From NCBI GenBank assembly GCA_964035545.1, contig OZ037770.1, positions 372,001 to 436,000 on the forward strand: a stretch of 64,000 nt of DNA. Reading direction: 5' to 3'. The first letter of the stretch is position 1. Each line of letters starts with the position of its first letter. A program made the translations under genes and the position numbers. The notes below the pieces were generated by a model. That model searched no databases. It was not told the DNA's origin and saw only the letters and a list, made by a program, of their open reading frames with translations. The stretch comes from Bugula neritina. Its lineage: Eukaryota; Animalia; Bryozoa. Below are positions 52,901 through 64,000 of the stretch, one piece after another.

Positions 52901-54517
52901 GTTACCAGTGTTGGGTCAACTTTCAGAATAAAGAATAAATATAATTATAAAGATAAATGGATAAAAATTCCAATCATGGTTTAATGTGCCTATTTTAAGC
53001 TGTTAATTTAATTACTATAATATAAGTGCTCAAAATACAACTTTTGATTTTCATAATTATGTTTTAATTTAATACAGATACCATAGTATCATATACAGTA
53101 GAGTCAGTTGTATCTTATTTAATAATGAAGTAACTTATTGGAGCTTTCACAGTTATTAATTATTTACTTGTTAGTCTTTGAACTAGGACAATGTTTGAAA
53201 CTTGAAGTAGAATGAAGTTTGATTTCAGTTACCGCAATGGTATCTGCAGTCACAATAGGAATACGCATATAACTATGTTTATATTTGTGAAAAATATATA
53301 GTCAAAACTAGATAAGGTAATAGTAATTATAATTGGTTTCACTTTTAATATATTCCTATAAACTGGAAAATAGACAGAAGCATTTAATCATGAAAGTAAA
53401 CCTAGTGGAAGTAAATCAATTCACTAAGTATAGTAAAATATTTACTATTCAGTAAGTTTATTTACTTTAGTTAATTGTACTTGATTATTTCTGTCGGTTT
53501 TTCAGTTGATTTTTCTACCTTTTGCTATAGCATATCAAACTACCACAAAGTCATGCTTCCGTATTACAATTATAAACATAGTGTTACTGTGTAATGTTAT
53601 AGTAATGTAATAGTAATATTTGGATCATTGTAAGTATTTCTGTTGTTGTACTGATTGATAAATATTTTTTAGCTTGCATGGATATTTGCAACGATCAAGA
53701 TGTCATTTGAACCTGGACTGGAATAAAGATGGCAAATCGAGAAGCTAGCTACAATTATTCTGCAGAAAGAAACTTGGTAAGCAAAAATAAGCTGCAGCAT
53801 TAAGCAGTAAGCAATATGACGATGAACTTTGCTTGATTTTGATTGACCTTAAAATATCTGGTCACCTTTCACCAACGTGGTCCTGCGCGGGTGGCGGGTG
53901 ACCTTAAAATGTCTGTTGCACGTAAAATAAATTTTGTGACAGTCAAAAGTATGCTGATCTTTTTCGTATTTCAGTGCATCGGTGTCTTAGCTTAAGAGCT
54001 GAACCTAACAATTATGATCTAAAGCTATTTTTTAATAGAAAGTGATTTTACTGTCTTTCTGATTATTCTTGGTTTTTCAGCTTGATGAATTGAATAAATG
54101 GATTTGATTTCGGGTATTATGTAATGGATGAAAGAAATTTTTCTTAAATTTGTACTGAGCAATTTTTGCTATTGCTATGATGTTTAGTGATAAAATTGCA
54201 CCCTTAATAACCCTGAAAACTTTCATTACTAGCATTTGTTTATGCTCATTTTTAGGAAATTAAAATGAAGACACAACTCACCGATGTTATCTCACTGTGC
54301 CTGCATGCAGTTTATCTAAAAAGGTACTCCTATTAGCTGGCTCTTGCCCAATACCTGGTTGTCTCTGTAACTATTTTTTGCTCGCAGATGAGTTTTTTGA
54401 ACTTGACATTTTATTGATTTTGAAAGTTATAGTGAGCTTTGAACTTGCTAGCATCGTTTTTAAAGACTTGCTGCAGTTTTTATCAACATTTTTTCAGTCA
54501 ATGGTGTTAGTTTGGAA

Positions 54518-54772
54518 GCTCTCTCACTCCTCTCTCTGTCTCTTTCTCCCACACCTTCCACTCAACCTCTCTCTCTTTCTCCCCCTCTCTCCCACCTTCT
54601 CTCTCTCCCACTCTCCGTCTCTCCCACCTTCTCTCTCTCCTAACCTTTCTCTCTTCCCTTTTCCACTATCTCTCTGACTCTCTCCCTTTCTCTCTTCTAC
54701 CCCATCTCTCTTCCATCCTCTCTCCTAACCTTTCTCTCCCACCCCTCCCTCTCCCACTCTCTTTCTCTCTCT
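54518..54772. repeat. CT-rich polypyrimidine low-complexity tract
   Basis: Direct observation. Confidence 0.85.
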
Positions 54773-56304
54773 AGTTTGCATGGCTTTACCCAATTTTGGT
54801 TTATTTTTTTATTTTGTTTCAGAGTATCCAAAAGGAAAGCTAAAATTTATTTAATATATATTATACCAACTTGAGCTTTACATATAATATCAAATAAATG
54901 CTGTGTTTTGTTAAAACAATGTTTGCAACTTTGTAGTATATTCAAATTCATAATTTATTTGTAGAGTCACACAACAAGACACTACTCTGACACACTCACA
55001 AGTTGCCACTGATCCAGCAGTATAGATGATTGTTTTCTCCACTGGCTATGCTGTCACGCTTTACTGTTGTGGTGTTTGAAACAAACCAATTGTGTAGTGT
55101 CCTTTATAATAAATAGTAAAATTTCATAAATTTGGTTTTATTTAGTTTGCTTACTGACACTCTGCTGCCAATTTGTTCATAACTGTCATAATATATATCA
55201 ATTAGCAATTTAGCATTTACCGACATTGCCACACTGCGTTTGTGTTGTCACATATTCCAACAGCGATGAATCACCCATCCTTAGTGTACTCTTTAGCACT
55301 TGTTTGTCACTGTTTTTTTATCTTCAAGACCATTTTAGTATCACTCGGTGCATTGCAAGTTTTATTTTGCACTGGCTGCACTCAAAAAACCATGACTAAG
55401 AAACTGAGTGCACTAGCTTTACACATACCGACAAAAACAGTTAAAATACATTTAGCCAGGACATTATCGTAAGAACCCTCAAGCGTCAAGGTTCCATTCT
55501 CATCTACTCTCACATAATATTATAGCTATTTTTACAAACACACGGTATAAAATGTTGCTTTCTTTATACTACTAACTCTCTCCTAGAAAGGGTGAAAGAG
55601 GTATGCTTTTATATATTATAACTTTGTTGATTTATACTGTTACTTTGAATATTTTAATAATTATAAAACAAGCAATTTATCAAATTCTTTTATGTACTTT
55701 TCTGTGTTTAATTTGCTCTTATTCTATCATATTTTAATCATTTTGTTTTGTGAAAATTGTAGTTTCACGGTGTAAAAGGTGTAAATGGTGTGAACAGTGT
55801 AAATCAATAAACTATCTACACTAAAACATACACCCGTATGGAACTTTCATAGCAAACTAGGAGGGCAGTTACAAATTGTTTGCCTACGCAGATTAGGGTG
55901 AGAAAAAAAGTGGGAAATGAAAGCTGTTTTTAATACCAACTACACTTAGTTTTTATTGAATGAAAAACAAAGTGAAATCATTAGTTATCCGTTAAATGAC
56001 TAAATCATTGTTTATAAAGATGAAACACAAATAATCTTATAATATGCTAATGAAATTTGGCTTTCAAATAGCTTTTTTCTGTATATTTGTTGAGGAAGTT
56101 TATCTTCAACAAAACTTCGTAGCTGTTGAATATGTGGAGAGTATTTTATATTGCATAAATTTATAGAGTAAAAGGTTCTCATCAAACTTTTACAACTTAG
56201 CTCATCGACGGTTTAAAAGTGTGAGTCACCCTTCACACTAGAGTTTTATAAAGTTTTAATGAATGTGCAGTATTTTATAAAATATTGTGTGTCTCGTAAA
56301 TTTA

Positions 56305-57271
56305 GGGGAAACCTGGGTGATATGAACCACCCGGGTGATATGGACCATGCATGTTTTGCAGTATCCAAGGTTACCAGAAAGTTGAAAAGTGTCTTATTCT
56401 TCAGAAATAGGAATATCTAACTTCCTGTCTACATATTTTAAACTTGTCTCTTCGTCTTAAAGAATAGAGACACATTTTCTCTTTTTGCTCATTTTCTTAT
56501 AACTTTTCACAACTTTTGTGGATATATTTTCATTGAAAAAAATTGCCTGAAGTAAGGGGCCTGTATCTACAGATAATGTGTGGCAGGTGTGTATAAATAT
56601 CCGAACAGTATATATAATTCTTGCCCGCTCTCTGTCTGTAGAAAGTCAAAATTTTTGGTGACATGATTTCTGGGTGATATGGACCGCCACTTGGGGGTGA
56701 TATGGACCGTGTACCATATTACTCAGCAAATTGAATTTTTCTCTTCATATACTTGTTTGAAGAAAAATAATACTATTTCTTAAGGATTTCTAACAATGAT
56801 GAAGCATTAAACCCCTAAATATTGATTAGACAACATTATAGCTATAGTTGCTGTAAAATGGGTGCTTGAAATATTCATACTCGTGCAATGCATTTTAGAT
56901 GCCAAGATATTCTTCCAAAAAAATTGAAATGCTTTGAGTTAGGAGGCACTAAGAGAAGCTGTTACACACTTATTTTAGATCTATTGTTTTATGTTACTTT
57001 TTAATATAGCAAAATGCATTTTCAACACAAAAAAGCTGACTTTATGTGATGGAGTCTGTGGTGGCCCATATCACCCGAAATTTCAAAAAATCTCCGGGTG
57101 ATATGGTCCACCAATTTTCATTCATAGCTCAGTCAAGCATCTGTATAGGAGCTTCAAATATTGTTTGTATGTCAGTAGAGATAGCACCCACATGTTGAAA
57201 TACTAATTTTCAATCAAACATTGTCAGTATGGGCTGTGAGCTTAAGTGGTCCATATCACCCAGGTTTCCCC
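56305..57271. mobile_element. Non-autonomous DNA transposon (Tc1/mariner-pogo-type MITE), 967 bp, TA target-site duplication
   Basis: 26-bp TIR GGGGAAACCTGGGTGATATG(A/G)ACCAC at both ends (1 mismatch), flanked by TA at 56303-56304 and 57272-57273. Internal copies of GGGTGATATGGAC lie at ~56333, 56672, 56696, 57064 (inverted) and 57096; there is no transposase ORF. Confidence 0.88.
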
Positions 57272-60204
57272 TAGCTATTTCTACCTTTTCAGTGAGATTG
57301 GAGTAAACACACCTCAAAATTCACATCTGGTATCACATTGATTTATCGCAAGTCAAAGTACACCTACTAACTCTTCCTTCCTTAATACCTGCTTGATTTT
57401 GCACTTCTACTCATTTCATATACCTAACATTTCTCTTGCAGATGAATTACATCTTTTAAGTTGTAAAAGCCTTAAATAGCATGAAATTAATGAGGTTTAA
57501 ACCGTGGCCACACTAACTATTGATGCGTTTATTGATGGGTTAAATTACACGAAAATATTGTCTCTTTCTTTTTAGTTTCACCTAAAGTATTACATACTAT
57601 TGATGGAGGCTGTGCTGAAGTTTTTGGGTGATGATTTGTCAATAATTTTCCAGAGAAGATGATGCCACGGTGGCTGGCATCATTATGCAGTTTCCAAATT
57701 TCTTTCGGCTTTGCTCTAGTGAAAATGTTGGAAAACAATCAACAAAAAGGTTTGTACCATAAACGAAGTTATTGTGTGCGTGTTGTCAAAGCATAAAGTG
57801 TGCTGGAAATTTTTGGGTTTCTGTTGAGATGCGTTTTTGCTTTTCCTGCATGAAAAAAGTTCCAGTTTCAGTTAATATCACTAGCGGAGTGCCCACCTAT
57901 ATTTTAAATCATATTGATGCATAAGTTCTTTTTGTAATATTAAAAGTATAACTTGCTTAATTGCTATTCAATGCCCTTTGAAGTTTCCAACTGTAATTAA
58001 TTAGTTGATTTGGCAGCATAGTATCGATGATTGATGAAGGCAGCCGATATAATTATAAGCATAAATATCTATATCTACATGAAGATGTCATTCCCAATGA
58101 TTGTTATTCTGAAATCAGCTGATTAAGTTATCACAAACTAAACATTTTGACCAGCGGCTTGCAATGCAACTCGGTGAAATTTCAGACCTAGATAAATTGA
58201 ATTTCTTACTGAAAATCGTGAAGGTATTAAAGTTTAAAGTGAAAGTTTAAAGGGTCATCTCTCTGCGAATTCTAATAGCATGGTGCCAATTAGACTTGAA
58301 AAAATTTCAAGGCACTACAAAGCACTAAGCCCATTCTTACAAGTAGTTTCCAAGTGCACTGGAATTTCAGTTTACTTGTCATTGTATAGAATCCTGATCT
58401 ACACTATATAGCATTCACTATTGCCTGCTTCTTCTAAGCATCTATAATGTAATAACTACAGTTTGCTTTGAGAAGTGAATTTCTACTTGGTATTTTGTCC
58501 TTATCGTTCCGTTGTTTGCCAGTAGTCTTAATTTAATGGATTTTCCCTTTTCAAAAGTGGTTGTGACAATCAAAACACATCATGCAGCCTGCAACTACAC
58601 AATCAGTCAGTAATTTCTTCCATTAAAGTAGCTCTTCTGGTTACTCTTGCTCACCTAAAAGCCTGAGCCTCATTCAAATTGCAATTTTTTAGAGTTGTTA
58701 GTTTTTCATGCAGTCTTTCATTTTTTTTTTGTTAGGCACAAAATTAGTATTCACTAGACCTAATCTTTCATCTGCATGTATGCCTATTGTTTGTTCATTA
58801 AAGAAAAACCTCTGCTGAGTATTGAACTAATAATGAAAATAAATTCCCTAAACTAAAAGTAGCAGTGTGATTTTGGTATTACAATTAGTTGTTAGCATAG
58901 AGTCAAGTTATTGACAGGAATTTTCAAATTGAAATGAATGAATTTCATTGTAAGTCAGCAAGATTTAGTCTAAGTAAACATAGCATTACATCGTGTTTTA
59001 TTTAGCATTTGCAGAAGGCAACATATATTTTAAGGATTATTGTAAACTTAAATGTAATTTTAAGTACTTTCCATGTTATTGTAGATGGTCTTGTTCTTTG
59101 GGATGGATGTGACAACTCCTTGTGTCAAGCTTAACTGATTGACTACTGAATCCCAATCATATGTTTTGCCAAAAAATGTGAAAATGGCGTGCATGTCTAC
59201 TTTATTTGAGAAAATATTAAAAATACTTTTGAAACTTCATCTAGCCAAACAATACAACAGTTTCATTTCATTAAAAAATATCATTTGCACAAAAATGTAT
59301 TATGTAATCAAACAATTTCTAGAAAAAAAGTGCTTTCCTCCAGTTTTGCTAATGAACTACATTTTTCATTATATGCTTGTCTTTATAATTTTATTAATTG
59401 TTTTTTCTGGTGAGTCAATTAAAGTCAATTCAACCTAGAAAAGTCTGAATTTCAGACTTAATTTCAAGCTAGAATATTCACATTTTTAGGTCTGCGTTTG
59501 CAAACATTGTTGTGTTACTTTACTTTTTATATTTTTTGAAATAAATATCTTTTTAGCTTGTGCCTATTCATGGTTAGAATAGTATAATAATATTTAACTT
59601 TTCTTCAATTTCAATAGATGAAAATGTTGATCAGTTGGAGTATTCAGTTTAGCTGAATTTTACTTGCTTCTGCGAAAACAATCTTTTGGAGTTGTCTGCC
59701 CTCTCTTTAGGTAATTTTTTGACCTATGGTCAACGCAATAATGTGGTGGTTCGTGGAACTACCAGCAGCACAACATGTAGGGTCGCGTAATTGACCCGGA
59801 ACAATGGATAGCCAATTAGCGTAGTTGATAGTTAGCAGCAATTGTAGTTTCCCGCTGCTAACTCAGTCGAAGCTAGAGTGTGAAATAGATTAGATGTGTA
59901 ACTTGTTGGAAATAATGTATCGTGTTTTTATAATGTATAATTGTGTATAAAATATACTCGTTCACTCGACTTAGCCTGGTGCAGTTCTATACTAGATAAA
60001 TAGACTCTCTGGATAGCATATCAACCCAAAACAGAAAATTATAACAATAATTATAACTTTTTAAAGATGCTTGTGAACCTAACAATATAGCATAACTATC
60101 AAACCACATTATTCAATATCTGCATAAAATTTAGCCGATAAGCTGCCACCCAATGAGCTTGAAAAGATATTAGAATTCTAGCTCAGTGCTGCCATCAATG
60201 TAGA

Positions 60205-60293
60205 TATTTATAATGATATAAAGCCAAAACTCATTATTTATAATGATATAAAGCCAAAACTCATTATTTATAATGATATAAAGCCAAAACTCA
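60205..60293. repeat. 30-bp tandem repeat x3 (TATTTATAATGATATAAAGCCAAAACTCAT)
   Basis: Direct periodicity. Confidence 0.9.
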
Positions 60294-60629
60294 ATATTGC
60301 ATGAAATTATCTAACCATTCCTGACAAAGAATCGAGATAATAACTCCAAAGTTGGTCATTTGAAACCACAGCAATAATACTTTAATCCTTATAATTGTCA
60401 GGTTTAATTTTATACCAAGCCCCAATAAGTATATATCACTATGACAACACAGCCTAAGCACCTCCAATGCAAGAAATTTAGTATTGTGGTGCTGCAAATC
60501 CTCCAGTTACAAATGAGTAGAGCACTCATGATTATTGGTCTACCATAATGTTTATTTAGTTTTAAGGACTAGCATAAATGCTATTATATGTGGGAGGTAT
60601 TTGAAAAGCTTCCAACTCCATCTTCAACT

Positions 60630-60809
60630 ATGGGCTATTATAATTATGCCGATAAACGAGATACTACACTCAGACTGCCCTGTTATAGTACTATGATTGG
60701 CTACTGCAAAATTTTTGCCGATAGACAACATTTATTTATGATGTAATGTATCTCGTATTGGTACATAAGTGTTATGTCTGAGGACGAGATACTGTGAAAT
60801 TATGCCCTG
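60630..60809 (-). mobile_element. Probable hAT-like DNA transposon terminus abutting truncated copy 3
   Basis: The segment ends ...AATTATGCCCTG (reverse complement CAGGGCATAATT) exactly at the homology breakpoint. The subterminal motif ACGAGATAC is repeated (~60656, ~60748 inverted, ~60784). No clean matching second end was found. Confidence 0.45.
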
Positions 60810-63800
60810 ATAATATGCCACTTGAAAGAGCAGAACTATGTGACTGACAAACAATTGTTTAGACTAAACCTAATAACAGCTATGGCCATATACATCAGAA
60901 CAACTGCATACTTACAATCAGGGACTCAAAAAGATCATTTCTCTTTATATCCTCCCACTGAATGCCACACCAAAGGAATTTATCATTTATCTAGAAACAT
61001 GTTTGTTCTATTAGCATTTCTCATTGTTCCTGTGAAGAAATCTTTTAAGAAAAACATGAATTATATTCATTGTGAAAGTAAATGGATAGGCTCTGCTGTT
61101 TTGGGAAACCTTGTGAACCAAGTTGGTTTAGATAACCCAGGTTTCACATTGAAAATGGAGGTGGAATTTTTTTGTGGAGATTTTGAGCAGTCTATACAAA
61201 CTGTTAAAGCAAATTGTGGTGCTGATATATTTGATAAAAATCCTAAAGATTTTGGTGAAACAATCAACAGTTCATATTATTCAGACTCTTTAGTTGCATC
61301 TCAGGGTTTTGAGCATGAAGACAATAATGTGATAACCGCTCAACTCAAATACATTGAAATGGCTGCATATCTATTGTACTCCTCTAGAAAGTATGGTAGT
61401 TGTCTTAAGTATTTTACTTGGTTAGCAGAAAACTGTGTAGACTCTGCATCTGATAGGTTGAAATGGAAAGTGTTAGCAGCTGACTCAGCCAATCAGCTTC
61501 ACAATTACCACGAGGTCTTCTCTTTGATTGGTGAAGTTTTTTCTACCATCAGATCAAAGTACAAATTAAAGATTAATCAAACTCTGTACAGATTTGTGAG
61601 AGACCAGGCTAAACAGGATCAGCATTCAGCTGAAGACAGAGAGTTGTTCAAAATTGTTGCACAAGCATTAAGAGTGACTAGCAAAGCTTATGAGAATGTT
61701 AAACATTATGTGCAAGCTGAAGAGTTGGCAAATGCAGCACTAGCACTATTTGACAGTCTGTATTCCCAAAGATCTGGGCAACAATTTGGCAGTCATTATG
61801 TAGATTTGATAGTTTCCCTTGCTTTGTTACAGTCAGAAAGAGGTGAACATGATGAAGGTGTTGAGTATTTGACTCATCATTTAGATATGTTAGTAGAAGT
61901 TCACACTGACCATACTAACCACCCAGACATTGCCCTTCTACTGAGTGGTTTAGGTCAACTCTATGAAAAAGCTAATAATTATGACACCTCCTTAGATTTT
62001 TACAACAAAGCTTTAGCTATGACAAAAAGTTTGTACAGTTCAAATCATGTTGATATTGCTCAATGTTATCAGAGAATTGCAGATCTGCATGCAAAAATGG
62101 GTGATTATAGGTCATCTTTCAGCAACTATCAAAGTGTAGAAAATTTGTTTGAGAGTTTGAAGATTAGTGAGCATGAGAAAGCTTCTCGGTTGGTGGAAAT
62201 TGGTCTTCTTCATTGCTGTAAGAGTGAATATGACTCAGCTCTGTCAAAGCTTGACTCAGCTCTCAGTATGATAGAGTCTAAAATAGAGACCACCCACATA
62301 CATATGGCAGATATAAACTCTGCATATGGTAGAGTTTATAGTGAAATGGGGCAGACAGAACTTGCATTGGAATATCACACAAAGTCTCTAGAAATAATCA
62401 AAGAAATTATGAGTAGTATTGATGGTATTCCATTGTTTTCTCAACTCCATGGTGAGATGGGAAAGTTATCTGTAAAACTGAGTGCAAAGGCTATGATGTT
62501 GAATATTAAGAGAGCTAGTAGAGAGGTGAACAGTGTTAGTACTGATGTAGCTTTTTGTTACATGAGAGTTGGTAATGTCTATAGAGATATGTGTCTACAT
62601 GAGCAGTCTTTGCTGTATCTAACTAAGGCATGTGAGATGTTCAGAGCTGTCTATGGCAGTGATGCAGTGCATGCAGACATTGCTAGTAGTTATAACAATA
62701 TTGGTAGTGTGTATAGTGACATGGGTGAATATAGCAAGGCACTAGAGTACTATAGGAAGGGTCTAGAGATGCAACTAGCTGTCTATGGCAGTGATGCAGT
62801 GCATGCAGACATTGCTAGTAGCTATAACAATATTGGTAATGTGTATAGTGACATGGGTGAATATAGCAAGGCACTAGAGTTCTATAGGAAGGGTCTAGAG
62901 ATGAGACAAGCTGTCTATGGCAGTGATGCAGTGCATGCACACATTGCTAGTAGTTATAACAATATTGGTAATGTGTATAGTGACCTGGGTGAATATAGCA
63001 AGGCACTAGAGTACTATAGGAATAGTCTAGAGATGAAGCTAGCTGTCTATGACAGTGATGCAGTGCATGCAGACATAGCTAGTAGTTATAACAATATTGG
63101 TAGTGTGTATAGTGACATGGGTGAATATAGCAAGGCACTAGAGTACTATAGGAAGGGTCTAGAAATGCAGCTAGCTGTCCATGACAGTGATGCAGTGCAT
63201 GCAGACATAGCTAGTAGTTATAACAATATTGGTATTGTGTATAGATACATGGGTGAATATAGCAAGGCACTAGAGTACTATAGGAAGGGTCTAGAAATGC
63301 AGCTAGCTGTCCATGACAGTGATGCAGTGCATGCAGACATAGCTAGTAGTTATAACAATATTGGTATTGTGTATAGTGACATGGGTGAATATAGCAAGGC
63401 ACTAGAGTACTATAGGAAGGGTCTAGAGATGCAACTAGCTGTCTATGGCAGTGATGCAGTGCATGCCCACATTGCTAGTAGTTATAACAATATTGCTGGT
63501 GTGTATAGTGACATGGGTGAATATAGCAAGGCACTAGAGTACTATAGGAAAGGTCTAGAGATGAGACAAGCTGTCTATGGCAGTGATGCAGTGCATGCAG
63601 ACATTGCTAGTAGTTATAACAATATTGGTGGTGTGTATAGTGACATGGGTGAATATAGCAAGGCACTAGAGTACTATAGGAAAGGTCTAGAGATGAGACA
63701 AGCTGTCTATGGCAGTGAGGCTACACATGCACACATTGCTAGTAGTTATAACAGTATTGGTAGTGTGTATAGTAACATGGGTGAATATAGCAAGGCACTA

Positions 63801-64000
63801 GAGTACTATAGGAAAGGTCTAGAGATGAGACAAGCTGTCTATGGCAGTGATGCAGTGCATGCAGACATTGCTAGTAGTTATAACAACATTGGTGTTGTGT
63901 ATCAAAACATGGGTGAATATAGCAAGGCACTAGAGTACTATAGGAAGCGTCTAGAGATGCAGCTAGCTCTCTATGGCAGTGATGCAGTGCACCCACACAT
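60810..64000 (+). pseudogene. NTase-TPR copy 3: 5'-truncated (no NTase), open frame running off the window end, >=10 core TPR units
   Basis: Homology to copy 1 starts abruptly at 60810 (= 17712, codon ~381). There is an in-frame TGA upstream at 60795 and the first ATG is at 60882. The offset to the array start is identical to copy 1 (1836 nt). 132-bp units run from 62646 to 63965 and continue. The ORF track omits this frame, apparently because it reaches no stop in the window. Confidence 0.85.

Overview
AT-rich, intron-containing eukaryotic DNA, most likely from an invertebrate animal. From left to right the window holds: the last three coding exons of PIK3R4/VPS15 (+); an intronless orphan class-A GPCR (-); a tRNA-Thr-derived SINE; and a complete six-exon TIPRL gene (-). 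After these comes a tandem cluster of three paralogous genes with an unusual architecture. Each has an N-terminal Pol-beta-superfamily nucleotidyltransferase (DUF294/GlnD-like motif GLGSVARGTATPYSDLE) plus a helical domain, fused to an array of near-identical 132-bp (44-aa) TPR units. The arrays differ in length: 23, 7 and at least 10 units. Their variation is concentrated at the ligand-facing TPR helix-A positions, and the paralogs are recombinant mosaics. Copy 1 is intact (2299 aa). Copy 2 has one in-frame TAG that leaves an NTase-only product. Copy 3 is 5'-truncated (TPR part only) at a hAT-like transposon end. Between copies 1 and 2 lies a dead TIPRL-exon/MGST3 chimera that marks the duplication junction. 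The 38-60 kb interval holds a decayed R4/Dong-type LINE, MITEs and low-complexity DNA. The best candidate for a novel system is this rapidly diversifying NTase-TPR sensor-effector family, which is probably immune-related (inference).
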